A DNA stretch of 57,094 nucleotides, filler included, from Dimargaris cristalligena (lineage: Eukaryota): the NCBI GenBank assembly GCA_003614675.1. It is 3 parts of 3 records of this genome, joined end to end, with 100 filler letters (N's around TTAATTAATTAA, not from the genome) between each part and the next. Parts side by side here need not be neighbours in the genome. Positions count along the whole stretch, not along the records: positions 1 to 19,017 come from ML002745.1; positions 19,118 to 38,076 come from ML002746.1; 1 more part is not named here. One strand, given 5' to 3'. The position numbers were made by a program, and so were the translations under genes. The notes under the pieces are model-generated. The model did no database searches. It saw only the letters and a program-made list of their open reading frames with translations, and was not told the origin of the DNA. Below are positions 12,926 to 26,400 of this stretch, piece after piece. Numbering within the stretch: the first letter of the stretch is position 1; each line of letters opens with the position of its first letter.

Positions 12926-13267
12926 GTGTGACATTTTACGTCCCTTGTCTAACGCACATTATATTATTGGCGTGTCCCTCCGTGTCCCTTTAATTATTAT
13001 TCAATGGTCCGATTTATTACTGTCTTACATTATTCCAGGCTATCCTGGCTTTACTGCAACACGCCATATTTATATTCCGGCCAAAACAACCATACCAATA
13101 CTTTATAAAGAACGTCCTCGGTGGACGTTGAAAAATAACATCAATCATCATCCCCAACAATTCGCACCATCACCGTTTTAGTTTTTCTACTTGTTTCCTT
13201 ATTTCCATCTATCTTATTTCCATACCTCGAATAAACCTTCGTCTTAACACCAACATTGACGCTGAAA
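12926..13267 (+). repeat. dispersed ~350-bp non-coding repeat, copy 1 (copy 2 at ~51650-52007)
   Basis: Collinear shared blocks, e.g. tgtctaacgcacattatatt/tgtctagcgcacgatatatt, ctttataaagaacgtcctcggt/ctttataaaggacgccctcggt, tcgaataaaccttcgtcttaacac/tcgaatacacttctgtctaaacaac. Confidence 0.75.
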
Positions 13268-14534
13268 GAAGTGAGCTTATCTCTAAACCATTATATCGTT
13301 ACAGTCGGCTCTTCTATTGAGCCAATATAATGCGGTTCATTCTTATACTAATCGGTCTATAAACCCATCCGACCTTGTGACCTGCATGCTACTTTACTGT
13401 CGGTTTAACCGATCTGTTCGCTATACGATTAAAATGGCTACTTAAATTAATTAAATGCCAAATTGTGATGATATAACGGTGTAATCCATCCAATATGGGA
13501 CTAAACTCCGCCCTATTACATATATTCTACCTATATTTTTATAAATATGCAGGTCTGGTCCTGTGGACGACGCAATAATAAACTGGGTCGCTAAACGATA
13601 GCCATTAACAAGGCCACCGGCAAGTGAGAGCTTCAAAACAGCCACAAGCAGCGTAGACGGGTCTATTTCTTCCTTTACAACCGAACTAATCTGGGCTGGT
13701 AGGCGCAAGTAACCTAGAGCAAATGAGCGAAACATGACGATCAATATTGCGATGGTATATCATGCGAATTTGGCAACCTTAGAACTTTACCTCGTGAGCA
13801 CCCTGGATGTAAGTCGACGATAACACCCATTAGCGGTTGTTACACTTGCCGAGGGCCATTCGGACCTTTAAGGGTTATGCAAGGCGATAGTGGCTTACGC
13901 CTAATATTAACATGTGGGCCACGTGTACTAATATTACCTTAGTCGTCGCGGAAACTGTATATAGATGGCCTGGCATTTTATACTTTCGCAAGTCGGGCTT
14001 CAAGGGCGCCCTCCGGCTCCACCCTCCTATCTATTCAGTCCTATCTCCGCTCCCTTGAATAGTGGGGATGCTAGTCTAGCGCCTCTTGTTTTGACCATTG
14101 TATATATAGACACGCAATACTATTTTTTTTTTATTTTTGTAGATGACGGACAGTAGAAACGAAGGAAGAGCCCAGTCGATATCAAAAAGAAATACAAGCC
14201 ACAGTGGAGTGGGTCAACATCACTCGTATTCAGGCATCTCGTTCGGATGGAAAAAGGGAATGGCTGGTGGGTGGGAGGGAATACCCGCCGAGTTCAAATG
14301 TTACAGTCTCTAATAACTTTGGAACACTAATTTATTGAAATACACCTACATTTGAATTCCTTAAACTGTGACCTTGAAAGAATAAATAAACCTAATTAGT
14401 GGTTTTACTCCCCCACTCTCAGTCATAATAATTTTGGTTCATTTGCATGCCTATTGGACCATCTAATTAGGCTTAATCTAGACATATTGGTGTCTGTCCC
14501 TATTAGGCCTTATAGCACCATATTAACCTTCCCA

Positions 14535-15040
14535 TAACCACACCTGGTACTATAGGATCATCCTATGTCATATAACTTTTCCCCTTCCAGACTCCTTACT
14601 TTGCACTAATCATTCAAGTACTGATCCAAAGACTCTTCCAGTTACCATTAGAGTCTTTCAGACCCTAACAGCTGTCCAGTTAGCCTATTTTTCCTATACC
14701 TTAGCCTTAGTAATATCCTTCTCTAGGGACCTCCCTCTAGAGCTATCCCTGTGTATATATACTTAGGCCCCACTGGTACTGGTTCAATTCCTTAGCTTAT
14801 TCCTTACCCCCTAGTTTATCCCAATAAACTCTACATATGCTTACCCCCTTATGCTGATTAGTAAGTGCCCACTACACATCCCTTATATATACCTACATCT
14901 GTAACCTTTATTAGTTAGTATTATACCCCATACCTGACACTAGTAATCCACTTAGCCAAGCCTGAGCCCTATCTACCATTGGAAGCCTACCCTCAGGACT
15001 CTTGACAGACTAAGAGTAGTTAAGCCAGGCAACAGTGCCC
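14535..15040 (+). mobile_element. degenerate repeat/transposon relic, family A copy 1
   Basis: Reverse complement of ~18390-18800 and of ~19325-19430 plus ~20045-20350; direct partial copy at ~18185-18310. Many stop codons, no CpG. Confidence 0.7.
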
Positions 15041-18000
15041 TTTTTTTACTATCAAAATCACTTCAAACTAACCACAAATGCTAGAATAGTGATTACCCTT
15101 TTAATATGAATGTAAACAAACTGGTACTGGTTTTTTTACATGAGCCCAATTTTACCTGGGTGTGTACCTCTTGGTTGCAGTATATCTATATTTACTACTG
15201 GTATAGCTCCAAAATAAACAGTGACTCACACAGGTCGGAGTGCTCTAATCTCAGTAACATAATTCAATAGTGCTACTTCCCTAGTAAATGCCATTTTATT
15301 AATAATAGAGGTCGTATATTAATATCCTAGGTATCAGCCATATTGTAATTGTGGGTCAGACATGCCGTCAAGCAGTTTGTTTTTAAAAATAAATGTTAGA
15401 GGTTGGTATGGTGTTGTACCAACTCGCTCTTGATCCCTTAAAGGTTTGCTTTAGGGGATACCTGGGGGGGCACAATTGGTGATAAGTCATCATTAAATTA
15501 AAGCGCTGAGAAGGGTAGCAACGCAAATTAATTGAGCAAACTATATTTAGTTAAGAAGGGGAAGGGGTAATTATTCAATCGATTGGGGGGTTCAGGGGAG
15601 AATCGGACAATAGTATCGATGTGGGAATACGGGGATATTTTAAGATCTCACGAAACGGCGGTCATTTCATTGGGCTATTGGGTTTGATTTTTTACGCTTA
15701 GTGCGAAATTCTTAAGAAGGAACGAGATCACGAAATTGGAAACCTCCCTGAGCCATCGAGCCATCTAAGCTTCAGGTATAAATGAGAACCATTAAGGAAG
15801 GTCACCGGGTATATGAGGGGTACCTATCCCTAGTTGGGGAGTTTCGATTTCATTAATTTACCATTGATGCTATTCTAGCTCCTACAGGTCGACACTTGTT
15901 CATTGTATTATAATATATATAACCGCAACAAGCTGGATACAGCGATCCTTTTTACTTAAAGGGTGTGATGATGGCACAATAGTAAAATTGGATGGCTAGT
16001 GAACCTTCTTCCCATTAGTTGTGGTGAAAAGGTATGGGTACGTCGTAACAGGGAAGGGCAAGAACACAGATAAGTAAAAAGTTGAACACTGGGCGGGTCG
16101 GGCAGCCCGAGGAATGTGACGGTTAGCCATATTTTACACTACCCATCATTATATAGTGTCGTCACAGGCCCGATAAGTTTTCAAAAAATACTGGCCATCT
16201 TCATACCCATACCCATACGTGGAAAATGCAACAAATGAGCCTCTGGGTGCGGTATCCACTTTACATATAGAAAACATACGGGTTAGCGGGATACTATGGG
16301 TTTGGGGATACCCTCTCTATCCCAATATTAAGCGTAAAGTTGGCCAAAACGGGCCATCCAAACTTCTTGGGGTATTTTCGGGTACATGGTGGATGAACTT
16401 GGCCGGGGGCATCCAGCCGGATTTTGAATGTCAGACATCAATAATTGATGGATCCAAAAAAGTGGACATTCTGAGACCATTGGTTCTTATTGCTTTTCTC
16501 CTGCTTTTTATATTCAGTCAATATTGCTAGATCGCACACTGTCGAGTGTTTGAAATAGAGAGATTGATAAACAAGGCAAATACCTACACTGTTTTCAGGA
16601 GGTCAGTAAAATTGTTTGGTGGGCCCTAGGCGACGATAGATAAAACAGTTAAGTTGTTCGAGCGGGTCACTCCAGTCCATTGTTATAAGAGATTATAATC
16701 ACTAGACCTAAGTATTGGAGCTACCTGGGGATTTATGTGTGTCGCAGTGCAATCACTCGAAATATAAAGCCATGTCGGTAAGCCCACGACTCTCATAAGT
16801 TTATGGCAAAAGAATAGATCGTTTACGTAGCAAAACCGGGAGCATCGGGTTCTTGGCAACAATATGTGAAGTTCGTTATCAATGAAATAGCCGTATGGGA
16901 ACCAGGCTCATCCACTGAATATTCCAATACCAATGACCCCCACACATTCGCCTCCGCAACGTCACTGATATCATCCCCCCCTTTGATTACATTCCCGCAT
17001 TCGCTTCCAAAAACTTCAGCCCCATAGATTGTCAACCCTGGGGGGGGGGGGGAGTTCAAAGGGTACTGATATTTTCATATAATCTTGCACTGTATCTTTT
17101 CCTTTTACTATGGGCTTTATTGGCATGCGTTGCTCTATTACCACTCAGGTTACACTAGGTATAGTTTCATCGAATCTCGCCTACTCATTCGACAGCCATA
17201 GTCACTGTATCCCCTTCGGTTTACACTATGTGCACCGTTAACCCCACAATGATAATATGATCAAGCAAAATAGCCCCCAAACACGAAAAAATAGGCATCT
17301 AAATAACTAGGAGATCAAACTATCTTTAAAGATTGCCGAGGAACTCATACCTGAACAACTAACCACATTCCGACCAGTAAGGGTGCGGTGATGGGAGGGT
17401 AGAGCTTCAACATCTCAGCCTCAAAAACGAATAGAACTTTTTCCATTGTAATACAGAAGCAGCCCAAAATAAGAGGGGTTAGAACTAGCCATTCCCAATG
17501 GATGAACTGAAACAAGCTGCTCATTGTACGACAATTCTAGCACCAATCACCAGTAGCAACATCCCACTGTTTCATCTGCCCTTTGGTCTTCATTCCCTGC
17601 CACTTCAGTTATCGTCCCCATCTATAACCTCACTCTAGCAAGCTTGACTTTTCTTGCACAGCAGCCTCATATACCCGACATTATCAGCCTATACAACCAA
17701 AACTAAATAATATATTTGTTCATAAAAATATGCTGAATGAAAATTTCTTTAAAAGTATACAGATGTGTATCATCTCCAATTAAAGCTTGTTTCAACTTAT
17801 AAAGCCTAGGGCCAATACAGAGCTGTATATTATGCTTAACCTATTACAGCAACCGGGTTGTAAACTCTCAACATACATAAAACCATTTAAAATACCAAAA
17901 TAATTATGTTTAATATTTGGTGCTTGCCTGAAGTGCCTTGCAGGATATTGTCATAATAATAGTCCATGGTATTATATGCTTTATTGATAACTATATTGTA

Positions 18001-18184
18001 GTATTTGTGGTAAAATTATATTTAAATATGATCTAACTAGTGTCATCTACATTACATGCCTAGTTGTCCTTAGTCTATTCAAATATTCTTCTAAAATTTA
18101 TTGCCCCCATCAACTAACCTAAATCTAGCCTGGTTAGTTATTGGCTATATTAGGACTTATAATATCATACTACCTTTCCCAGGG

Positions 18185-18800
18185 CCACACCTGGTAATAT
18201 AGGAATTATTATATACTATATCTTTTCTAGCCCTGGATCCAACTGTCCCACTCATCACTCTAACATTGGCCAGAAGATTCTTCTAGTTACTATGAGTCTT
18301 CCAGTTATTAGCAGACTATGGCAATACTAATTATATATGAGTAATATTCAGATAGGCTATATTATGAAAAAATTATTGGATGAGGTAATACTTTGCTACC
18401 TGGATTAACCTCTCTTAGTTTCAAGAGCCCTAAGGATAGGCTTCTAATAATAGGTGGGGCTTAGACTTAGCCAAGTGGGCTACTAGTGTCAGGTGCAGGG
18501 TATGGTACTAACTAATAAAGGCTTAGCAGTAGGTATATGTAAGGAATATGTAGTAGGCATATAGACTAGTCAATATAGGGGGAGTGAGTATATATAAAGT
18601 TTAATAAGGTAAACTGGGGAATAAGAATAAGCTAAAGAATCTAACCAGTCCCAGTGGGGGCTGGTTATATATACATAGGAATAACTCTAGAGGGAGATCC
18701 CAAGGGAAGGATACTACTAAGACTAGGGTAAGGTAAATAGGCTAACCAGTCAGCCATGAGGATCTGGAAGACTTTAGTGGTAACTGGAAGAGTGTTATGA
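18185..18800. mobile_element. family A relics: direct fragment (~18185-18310) and inverted copy (~18390-18800)
   Basis: ccacacctggtaatatagga matches 14538 directly. ggcttctaataataggtggggcttagacttagccaagtgggctactagtgtcagg is the reverse complement of 14932-14988. Confidence 0.7.
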
Positions 18801-19017
18801 TGGGCTATAAGTAAGACCAGGTACCACAAGATGGACAGGACTTCGAAAGATGGAATATAGGTTTATTAGACTAAATATCAGAAAGAGAAAACAAAAGAGG
18901 AGTTGCAAGCTAAAGAGCAAGCTGTGGGGGAATGGTTGGGGTTATATCCAAACTCGAGGGGTAGGAGAAGAATGATGATGACTAATAAATTTAAATCAGT
19001 AACTAGGTAATATGGGG

Positions 19018-19117
19018 NNNNNNNNNNNNNNNNNNNNNNNNNNNNNNNNNNNNNNNNNNNNTTAATTAATTAANNNNNNNNNNNNNNNNNNNNNNNNNNN
19101 NNNNNNNNNNNNNNNNN
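19018..19117. other. assembly gap with TTAATTAATTAA filler
   Basis: 100-bp N-run with a central all-frame-stop spacer. Confidence 0.98.
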
Positions 19118-19324
19118 TAGAAGGGAAAAAAAGAAAGGGAGAAAGCTATTATTAGCTATTCTTTGAATAGGGTCTCAGTCGGGCCAGGGGCAATGTGAAT
19201 GCAGGGATATCATCTAGTTAGGGGCAGGGGCAGGGGCTCATTCACTCATCAGGGGCGTACTTCTGATAAGTGCAAAAAATGGATTAAAAATAAAAGTAAG
19301 TAAAAAATGTGGTAAGTTCACTAC

Positions 19325-20350
19325 AATAGGCTTCTAATAGTAGGTGGGGCTTAGCCTCAGCCAAGTGGGCTGCTAGTATTAGGATAGGGTATAGTACTAA
19401 CTAATAAAGGATAGGCACTGGTGTATGCAAGTGTGTTGGCTTCGGGATCATCTAATCCACCACTAGGATTTGAAACATGGGTTGGTGTGTCCTGCTCAAG
19501 TGTAGAGCACTGGGGCATGGATGGCGGTGTACCCAAACTAGACGAAGGTGGGATACTAGGTCCAGAGGAATGAATAGGGAGGCATGATATTGAAGAGAAA
19601 GTGTCAAGTATCTTTGTATTTTGAGTGAAGAAATGAGTAAATTATTTGTTTTTATTGTTTTTATATGATAGTAATCATGAAGAAAATAGGAATTATGAAC
19701 AAAATATTGTTTTCCATTGCAGGAAGAGGGCTCCCCAAAAAGAGGTCATAAATCGGTCATTATAAATAGTTCAAGATGTCATTAATGGGTTCAAATATTG
19801 CCATAATATCATCACAACACATAGCTATTATCATGAATATAAAATAACAAATTGGGAGTTGACTTCCCAAAAGGCATGGAATATTTCTTATGAAATTTTT
19901 CATATCAATTGTAATCATTAGTATTTGATAAGAAAAATAGTCATAAGTATTGTAATATCTTAATAATCATCAAATCCATATAAGCATCAGCAGATATATT
20001 GATAGCTGGATACTGAAGGCTGTTGGCCAATATTCTCACAGTACTACATAAGGATCATGCAGTAGGCACACTTACTAGTTAGTATGAAGGGGTGAGAATA
20101 TAGTATTAATTGAAATAAACTGGGGGGCCTAAAATAAGCTATCCTCTAACTAGTCCCAGTGGGGCTAGCTATATATATGCAGGGGACTACTCTAAAGAGA
20201 GGTCCCTGAAGGAAGATACTAAGACTACTAAGAGATAACTAGCTAACCAGATTGTGTAGGGTCATGGAAGACTTAGCTGGGAGCTGGAAGAGTTGTTAGA
20301 TCAGCCCAGAAGTGAATAATGGGACTCCACAGTCTAGGAAGGAGAAGGGG
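19325..20350 (-). mobile_element. family A inverted copy split by ~610 bp of unrelated AT-rich DNA
   Basis: 19325-19430 matches 18436-18545; the match resumes at ~20045 (cataaggatcatgcagtaggcaca) and continues collinear with 18540-18800. Confidence 0.6.
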
Positions 20351-22371
20351 AAATGGGTAGTTTGCAAGACTGACCTACCCTATACTGAACCATTGCCTTT
20401 AGTCAATAGAGGTGGAGTTCTTCTAAAAGGGGATGTTAATACCACAGCACCAGGCAACCCCAGATATGACCAAGGTACCAATACAACCAGAGCTCTGATT
20501 ATGGCACTAAATAGGAACACACTGACCTTAGATGATACAACTGAAGACTCCTCTACAAGGGCACCAAGTGTTGCTTGCCATACCATTATTATTCCAAGTT
20601 GTATCCAAATGAGGTCCCTAAATACTCTGATATAAAAGGAGCAACTGGCTCGTCCTTGCATAGGCCCTTAGTTGACTATAGCTCCTACCCACTCATTTGC
20701 TCTATAGCTGCTTAAACCCGTTATCCTGCTTCTAAATAATACTTATTGTTAATAAATTACTTTTTATTATTATATTAAATGCTTACCTATATTTGCACTT
20801 AACAGGGACACTGTCTCCTTATCATCTCCACTTTCTGACTAATTACATTAATTTGTTAAATTAATATTCGTCCTATCATTTTAACCACTTAAGATACCCC
20901 CTGCCAAATATACTATTCAATATCAATCATCTAGAGATACCTACCATCATGTTGTTGGAATACTAAGGATGTAAAGGAAATAAAACCGGAAGTAAGGGAA
21001 GAAAGCAGCTAGGGGACAGTAGGTGCCTCTAGGTAGTTAGTTTTATTGAACTGTATTTTCAATGGGGTGAAATATAAGTGGCTAACATAAATAATCACAT
21101 GATAGCAGAATAAACTAACATAATTGGATGAAATAGGATAGGATAAAAAACATGTAGGAGCATTTTTTAACACATATAGCTGTTTTCTTCGATTTTACTC
21201 AGCTTTATTGATACCTCTTTAGTATTTCCAATAATATAAACTGCGGACGAGCCGACCTTGCCAAGTCGGACAGGTGATATATCAAAAGGCATTATAAAGG
21301 CATTTTATTCAAATATACAGAAGTATTGTCGGCAGCTTGGGTGTTTCTTTTTTTATTCCTCCGGGATGAGGTGTAGCACTTGTATCGGCTTGGGCAGGAC
21401 CGGCCTCTCCCGCTGGGAAGACAAAATGGATACCACTGTACTCTGGTGAGTCGCTACTCCGAGTAAGAGCACTATGGGGTTGGTTGTCCTCCCGGTTGTG
21501 GAGGGCAGGATGTTTTTTAGTTGTAACATCATCGGAATTCTAACGGCAGGGTGTAAATTCTCATGCCGAGCCTTTCCTGTCATAATTGACATTCATTACT
21601 ATCAACTGTAACCCAAGAATGATCATCAAATGTACAGGAAACATTTTTTCTGTAAGTGGCTTGATTATTAAAGGGACATTTTCTTCGGACCAACACCCCT
21701 TCCCACTGTCCTACATTCCAATGACATCTGACTACCCATTCAGACTGACACTTTTTCTCATTTCCTAAATTCCATTCCAGCGTATCCACATAGTACTTAT
21801 TCTACTATATCACATTTGACAACGCTCAAATTGCCGTTGGCCATCTTTTGAGTCAATCAGGATTTGTTAAGTCCCCAAGCCCATATTTTACCCTGCGCGT
21901 ATTAGTAGTGATATCGATTATTATTGTATATGCTGCGATGAAGTGCCGCAGCGCTACCCAAAATCGCAATAGCAAGTCATTACTTTCCAAATAAACACAA
22001 CAAATGTGTACCTATGCGAACGGTGATTTTATTGTAGGGTGATGGCCGAAATTGCCTCCGGTAGAATTGTAGAGGTACTATTGAGTGGCGAGAACTCTGG
22101 AAAATCTTAGTCTATATCATCGTGAGTTATCTATTAGTCGCCAAACCAATGGTGAATAAATATCCTAGAAAAAAAGGTGCATGGTTTTATGTAGCATGTC
22201 CGAGGAACACGTTTAAAATTATATATTTTCGAAGGACTTTCCCGTTGTAACATTGGGCTTATCAGCTCAACCACCACAAAGTTAAAAAACACCTACAAAA
22301 CCGGTTGAAAAAATGATTACGGCTAGCTAGTGATAGTTAAACAATGTTATCTAAAATGTACCATTTACAAT

Positions 22372-22517
22372 ATATATGGGTGAAGTTCAGCTTGGCTGTA
22401 TAAGGTTTTAACTGATATGTGTGAGAAAATCAGTGGGATGTCAATTTTCAACCAGTAGTATTTGCCTCATCAAATGGATTTTTCGTTATACAGCCTTGTT
22501 GAACTATTCCCATATAT
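22372..22517. repeat. MITE/foldback-like palindrome with 32-bp imperfect inverted arms
   Basis: 22372-22403 (atatatgggtgaagttcagcttggctgtataa) versus 22486-22517 (ttatacagccttgttgaactattcccatatat): 26/32 complementary, TA-rich ends. Confidence 0.7.
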
Positions 22518-23420
22518 ATAAATTTCTCACAAAAAATAAATTCTATAGCTAAAGTGAATAAACGGGATATGCAGGGGAGAAGTGCAGGAGGCTTTAAAAT
22601 GGAAAGGTATGGGTCGATTTTTCACATTCCTATTCTAGCAATTATTTTCCGTTGTGCGAGCCCTGAAACGATCTACCCAAGTTAGATGTAGATCGAGTAA
22701 TGGATGCCGATACGCGATAGAGCACTGCTGTATAAAATAATAGTGGTGAGCAGTTTAATTCATCGTATTTCCTTACGCTGGTGAAATTATTATTAAACAA
22801 CAGCCCGATTCCCAAGGCTAGAGGCATCACAATTACATCTCCACCAACTGCATAGCATACTGTCCCAGCCATCCATCAGAAATCAGTAAATATTTATTAG
22901 GTATAGCCAAAAACAATCGGTAGAATAGCGCACCCTAAAAAAATATGTAAATAAGTACAGCCCCCAAGTCCCTGTAAATAACCAAAGGCACTCTATCGGC
23001 AGATTGTGCAGAAGGAAATTGATAAGAATGTCCGATATATATTCTTTCAAAGGTTGGGTTACGAATTGTCCTGATTGGAGCGACGGTGAGATGCCTGGCG
23101 ACCATTCAATTGTAAATTCTATATAGAGCAACCCTTACCAAAAAACTACATACCGCTAGACCAACAATCTTAATAATACCGTACCAAACAATTCAGGGGA
23201 ACCGGTTAAATATAAATCAACTTCAAAAGCCCACGGCTCTATGGAGTCTAAGTATTTACGATGGAATTACTTAAAACAGTACCATCAACTAACCACTCTA
23301 CCCCAATCCTCCGGTTAAACTAGTATTACTTGCCATTTGTCCATATAATATCATTTAATTATTTACTGCGTTCACTCATTAAATTCACAGACTCATCGAA
23401 CCTTTCTTCATTTATTCACA

Positions 23421-26400
23421 ATGTCCGGCCCCGCTTCAGTTGGTTCCTCCAACGACTTCCTGTTTCCCGTGGTTCCTAAAAATTTCCAGCCAACTTTTGA
23501 CCTGCCGCTCGGTAAGCCCCCCATCATTAATTCGGGGTATTCAGCTCGGGCATTTGATATACACTTTCCCTATTCGCAAGGCTTCGACAAATGTGTATTT
23601 GAACAGACAGTTCAACTGGCTACTGCCATTCTTCTGGGACGATATTACCGCCAGCCAGCCATTGCCTTTGCCCACTGGCATACGAAAATCAGACCCAGCG
23701 AGCCTTTCGAACGGCTAGACGAGCGACCCAAATTGATTCTGGCTCAGGTGAATCCCAGCGCCCCACTATCCACCTCCATTTTACAATACCGCGAGAATGG
23801 CGACCCTCCTGCCCCATCCGGCATGGTTGCTGAGGTAATCCTTCACACTCGTACGGGCGGAACTACTAAGAGGCATACCCCGCCTGAATTAGGTCCAAAT
23901 ACTGGCCAGCCCAAGGCGGCCGAGGCGGATCCACGTGACACTGAACTATTGGTCCAAAGCACCGCGCGCCTAGTGATCAGTTGTACGCTTAGCCAGGGAT
24001 ACGTCCAGATAAAGGCGACCTACGCTAAAGCCTCATATCGTGATTCTGCCGTGGGCGAGTTTGTCGGCCAGCTAGGCACTGTATTTTCTGCGGTTGTTCA
24101 GGTATTGGAAGAAGGCCTGTCCACTCTCATTCGAGATATCCCGTGGGTTAGTGAACAAGAGCGAGCCCGCGTCCTAAACTATTCCCGCATGGCCGCGCCG
24201 TTCCAGGGGGACAGTCGGCCCATCCATCTTATATTCAGTGACTGTGCTCGGCGCTTTCCCGACCATCTTGCCCTGGTCGACGGCCCTGAGGAATGGACTT
24301 ACGCCCAACTAGACTATGCCAGCTCCGAACTGGCCCGGGTTCTAGTAGATCAATCCGGGGCTAGCCCTGAAGTTCGGTTCGCACTCCTTATTCCCAAAAC
24401 TATCGCTTATACAATGGCTATTTTAGCCGTGCTTAAGTCCGGTGCTGCCTATGTTCCCCTTGACCCCGAATACCCCGTTGATCGAATCCAGTTTGTATTG
24501 GAGGATAGTGGCGTGACCCTTTTAATCGTTGCTGAATCTGTTCTTGGCAATGTACCAGGCCAGCAAGGGATACCGACACTGGTCGTGGATTCGTATATCC
24601 AACAACCGGCCCCTGCGGCACCGTCGGATTTCCGGTCATTTCCTTCGTCTCCCAGCGATCTTGCCTACATTATCTACACCTCAGGTACCACTGGTCGACC
24701 CAAGGGGGTCTTGATCGAACACCGGGGCGTGGCGAACTTTGCCACCGATCCCTACTTGCGCGAAGAGTACGGCCCGGGGCACCGGGTCTATCAGGCGGCA
24801 TCCGTCGCCTTTGACGGCATTCTTGTGAATACATTTCGCACGCTTTGCGCTGGGGGTACACTTGTCATCCCCACCGACAACTTACTCGAAGACTTGCGAA
24901 ACGTTCATGTGGGAGCCATTATAACCTCATTTCTATCTCGGCTGGACCCTACGAGTTTTCCCAACTTGAAGACAATTGCAATTGGAGGAGAGCCCCTTCT
25001 ACCCGAACAACAGGCTCGCTGGACACCCCACTGTGTCATAGCCAACCATTACGGCCCAACAGAAGTAACGGTTTATAGCAACCTGGCTGCAATCGGGCCC
25101 GATGACGATGTCACCATTGGTAGGCCAATCGACAATGTATACAATCTGGTGGTCGACGATGAACTTCAGCTAGTGCCTGTCGGGGCACCTGGCGAACTAC
25201 TAATTGGTGGTGTGGGGGTTGCTCGGGGCTACCAGAACTTACCAGCGCTAACCGCCAATACATTTATTTCCAACCCACATGGGGAGGGTCGGGTATACCG
25301 TACCGGGGACTACGTCCGATGGCTTTCAAACGGAACCGTCGAATTTATCGGTCGTATTGACAACCAAATCAAACTGCGCGGGTACCGGATCGAAATCGAA
25401 GAGATTGAGAATACCGCATGCCAGTTCCCGGGACTGAAACAGTGTGTGGCGGTTGTGGTTCAGGAAACGTTGGTTCTCTACGCTAGCCCTGCGAACCTCA
25501 ACCCAACTAGTCTATTGGATTTTTTAAGAAGCCGGCTATCCAAGCAAATGGTGCCTGAACTAGTAGTGCCGATAGAAGACTTTACTGCCGCATCGTCGGG
25601 CAAGCTGGATCGCAGATCTCTACCTTCAATTAGCCACTTGCTATCGAAGAACTCGCTGTCATCTTCTGATCGGGATAATATCAATGTGCCACATTCTGAG
25701 ATTGAGGAGGACCTTCGGCAGATATGGGGCCAGATTCTACAGCAAGACCCTGATCGCATCAGCACCACCGACCACTTTTTCCGAATCGGCGGTGACTCCA
25801 TCTCGGCCATTTTACTAGTATCCAAGGGGCAGCAGATTGGGTATAAACTGTCCGTGCCGCTAATCTACCAGTACCCCGAGCTCCGACAGCTTGCCCAAAA
25901 CATCGAAAAAGTCGCTAACCACCAAGCCAATGGCCACTCTGCTTATCAAGCTCAGATTCAGGGTGAAGTAGTATTGGCCCCGATCCAGTGCTGGTTCAGT
26001 GCCACGGGTCTTTTAAACCCCCACCACTTCAATCAATCGTTTACGTTGAATATCAATCCCAGGGCTACCTTATCATTAGCAGCCATTTCCGATGCCCTTG
26101 TGGCCCTGGCCAACCACCACGACACTCTCCGGGCCCGATTCCAGCCTAACGAAGCCAATCAGTCGTGGGTCCAGACTATCCCTACAGTCACCGCCGACCC
26201 CACCGACTTTTTCTTGGTGGAAGAGACGGTTTCATCCGAAGACTATGCTGACTTTATTCTACGGGTGCAGTCCAGCCTTCATCTCACTACGGGACCTGTG
26301 CTGGCAGCGGCCCTGATTCATGATCCGGTGAGTACGTCCCGGTCCCGCCTATTTGTCACCATCCACCATATATTAGTGGACCTGATTGCCTGGCGTATTC

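Noticed and set aside
12945-13181. Peptide similarity between ORFs 12945-13181 and 51768-51986 as a small protein family
   Set aside because: ORF starts and ends differ and DNA similarity extends beyond them; better explained as a non-coding repeat.
20312-20661. ORFs of 107 and 93 aa on opposite strands
   Set aside because: They lie in a CpG-free repeat relic, begin at non-ATG codons or lack motifs, and are probably chance.
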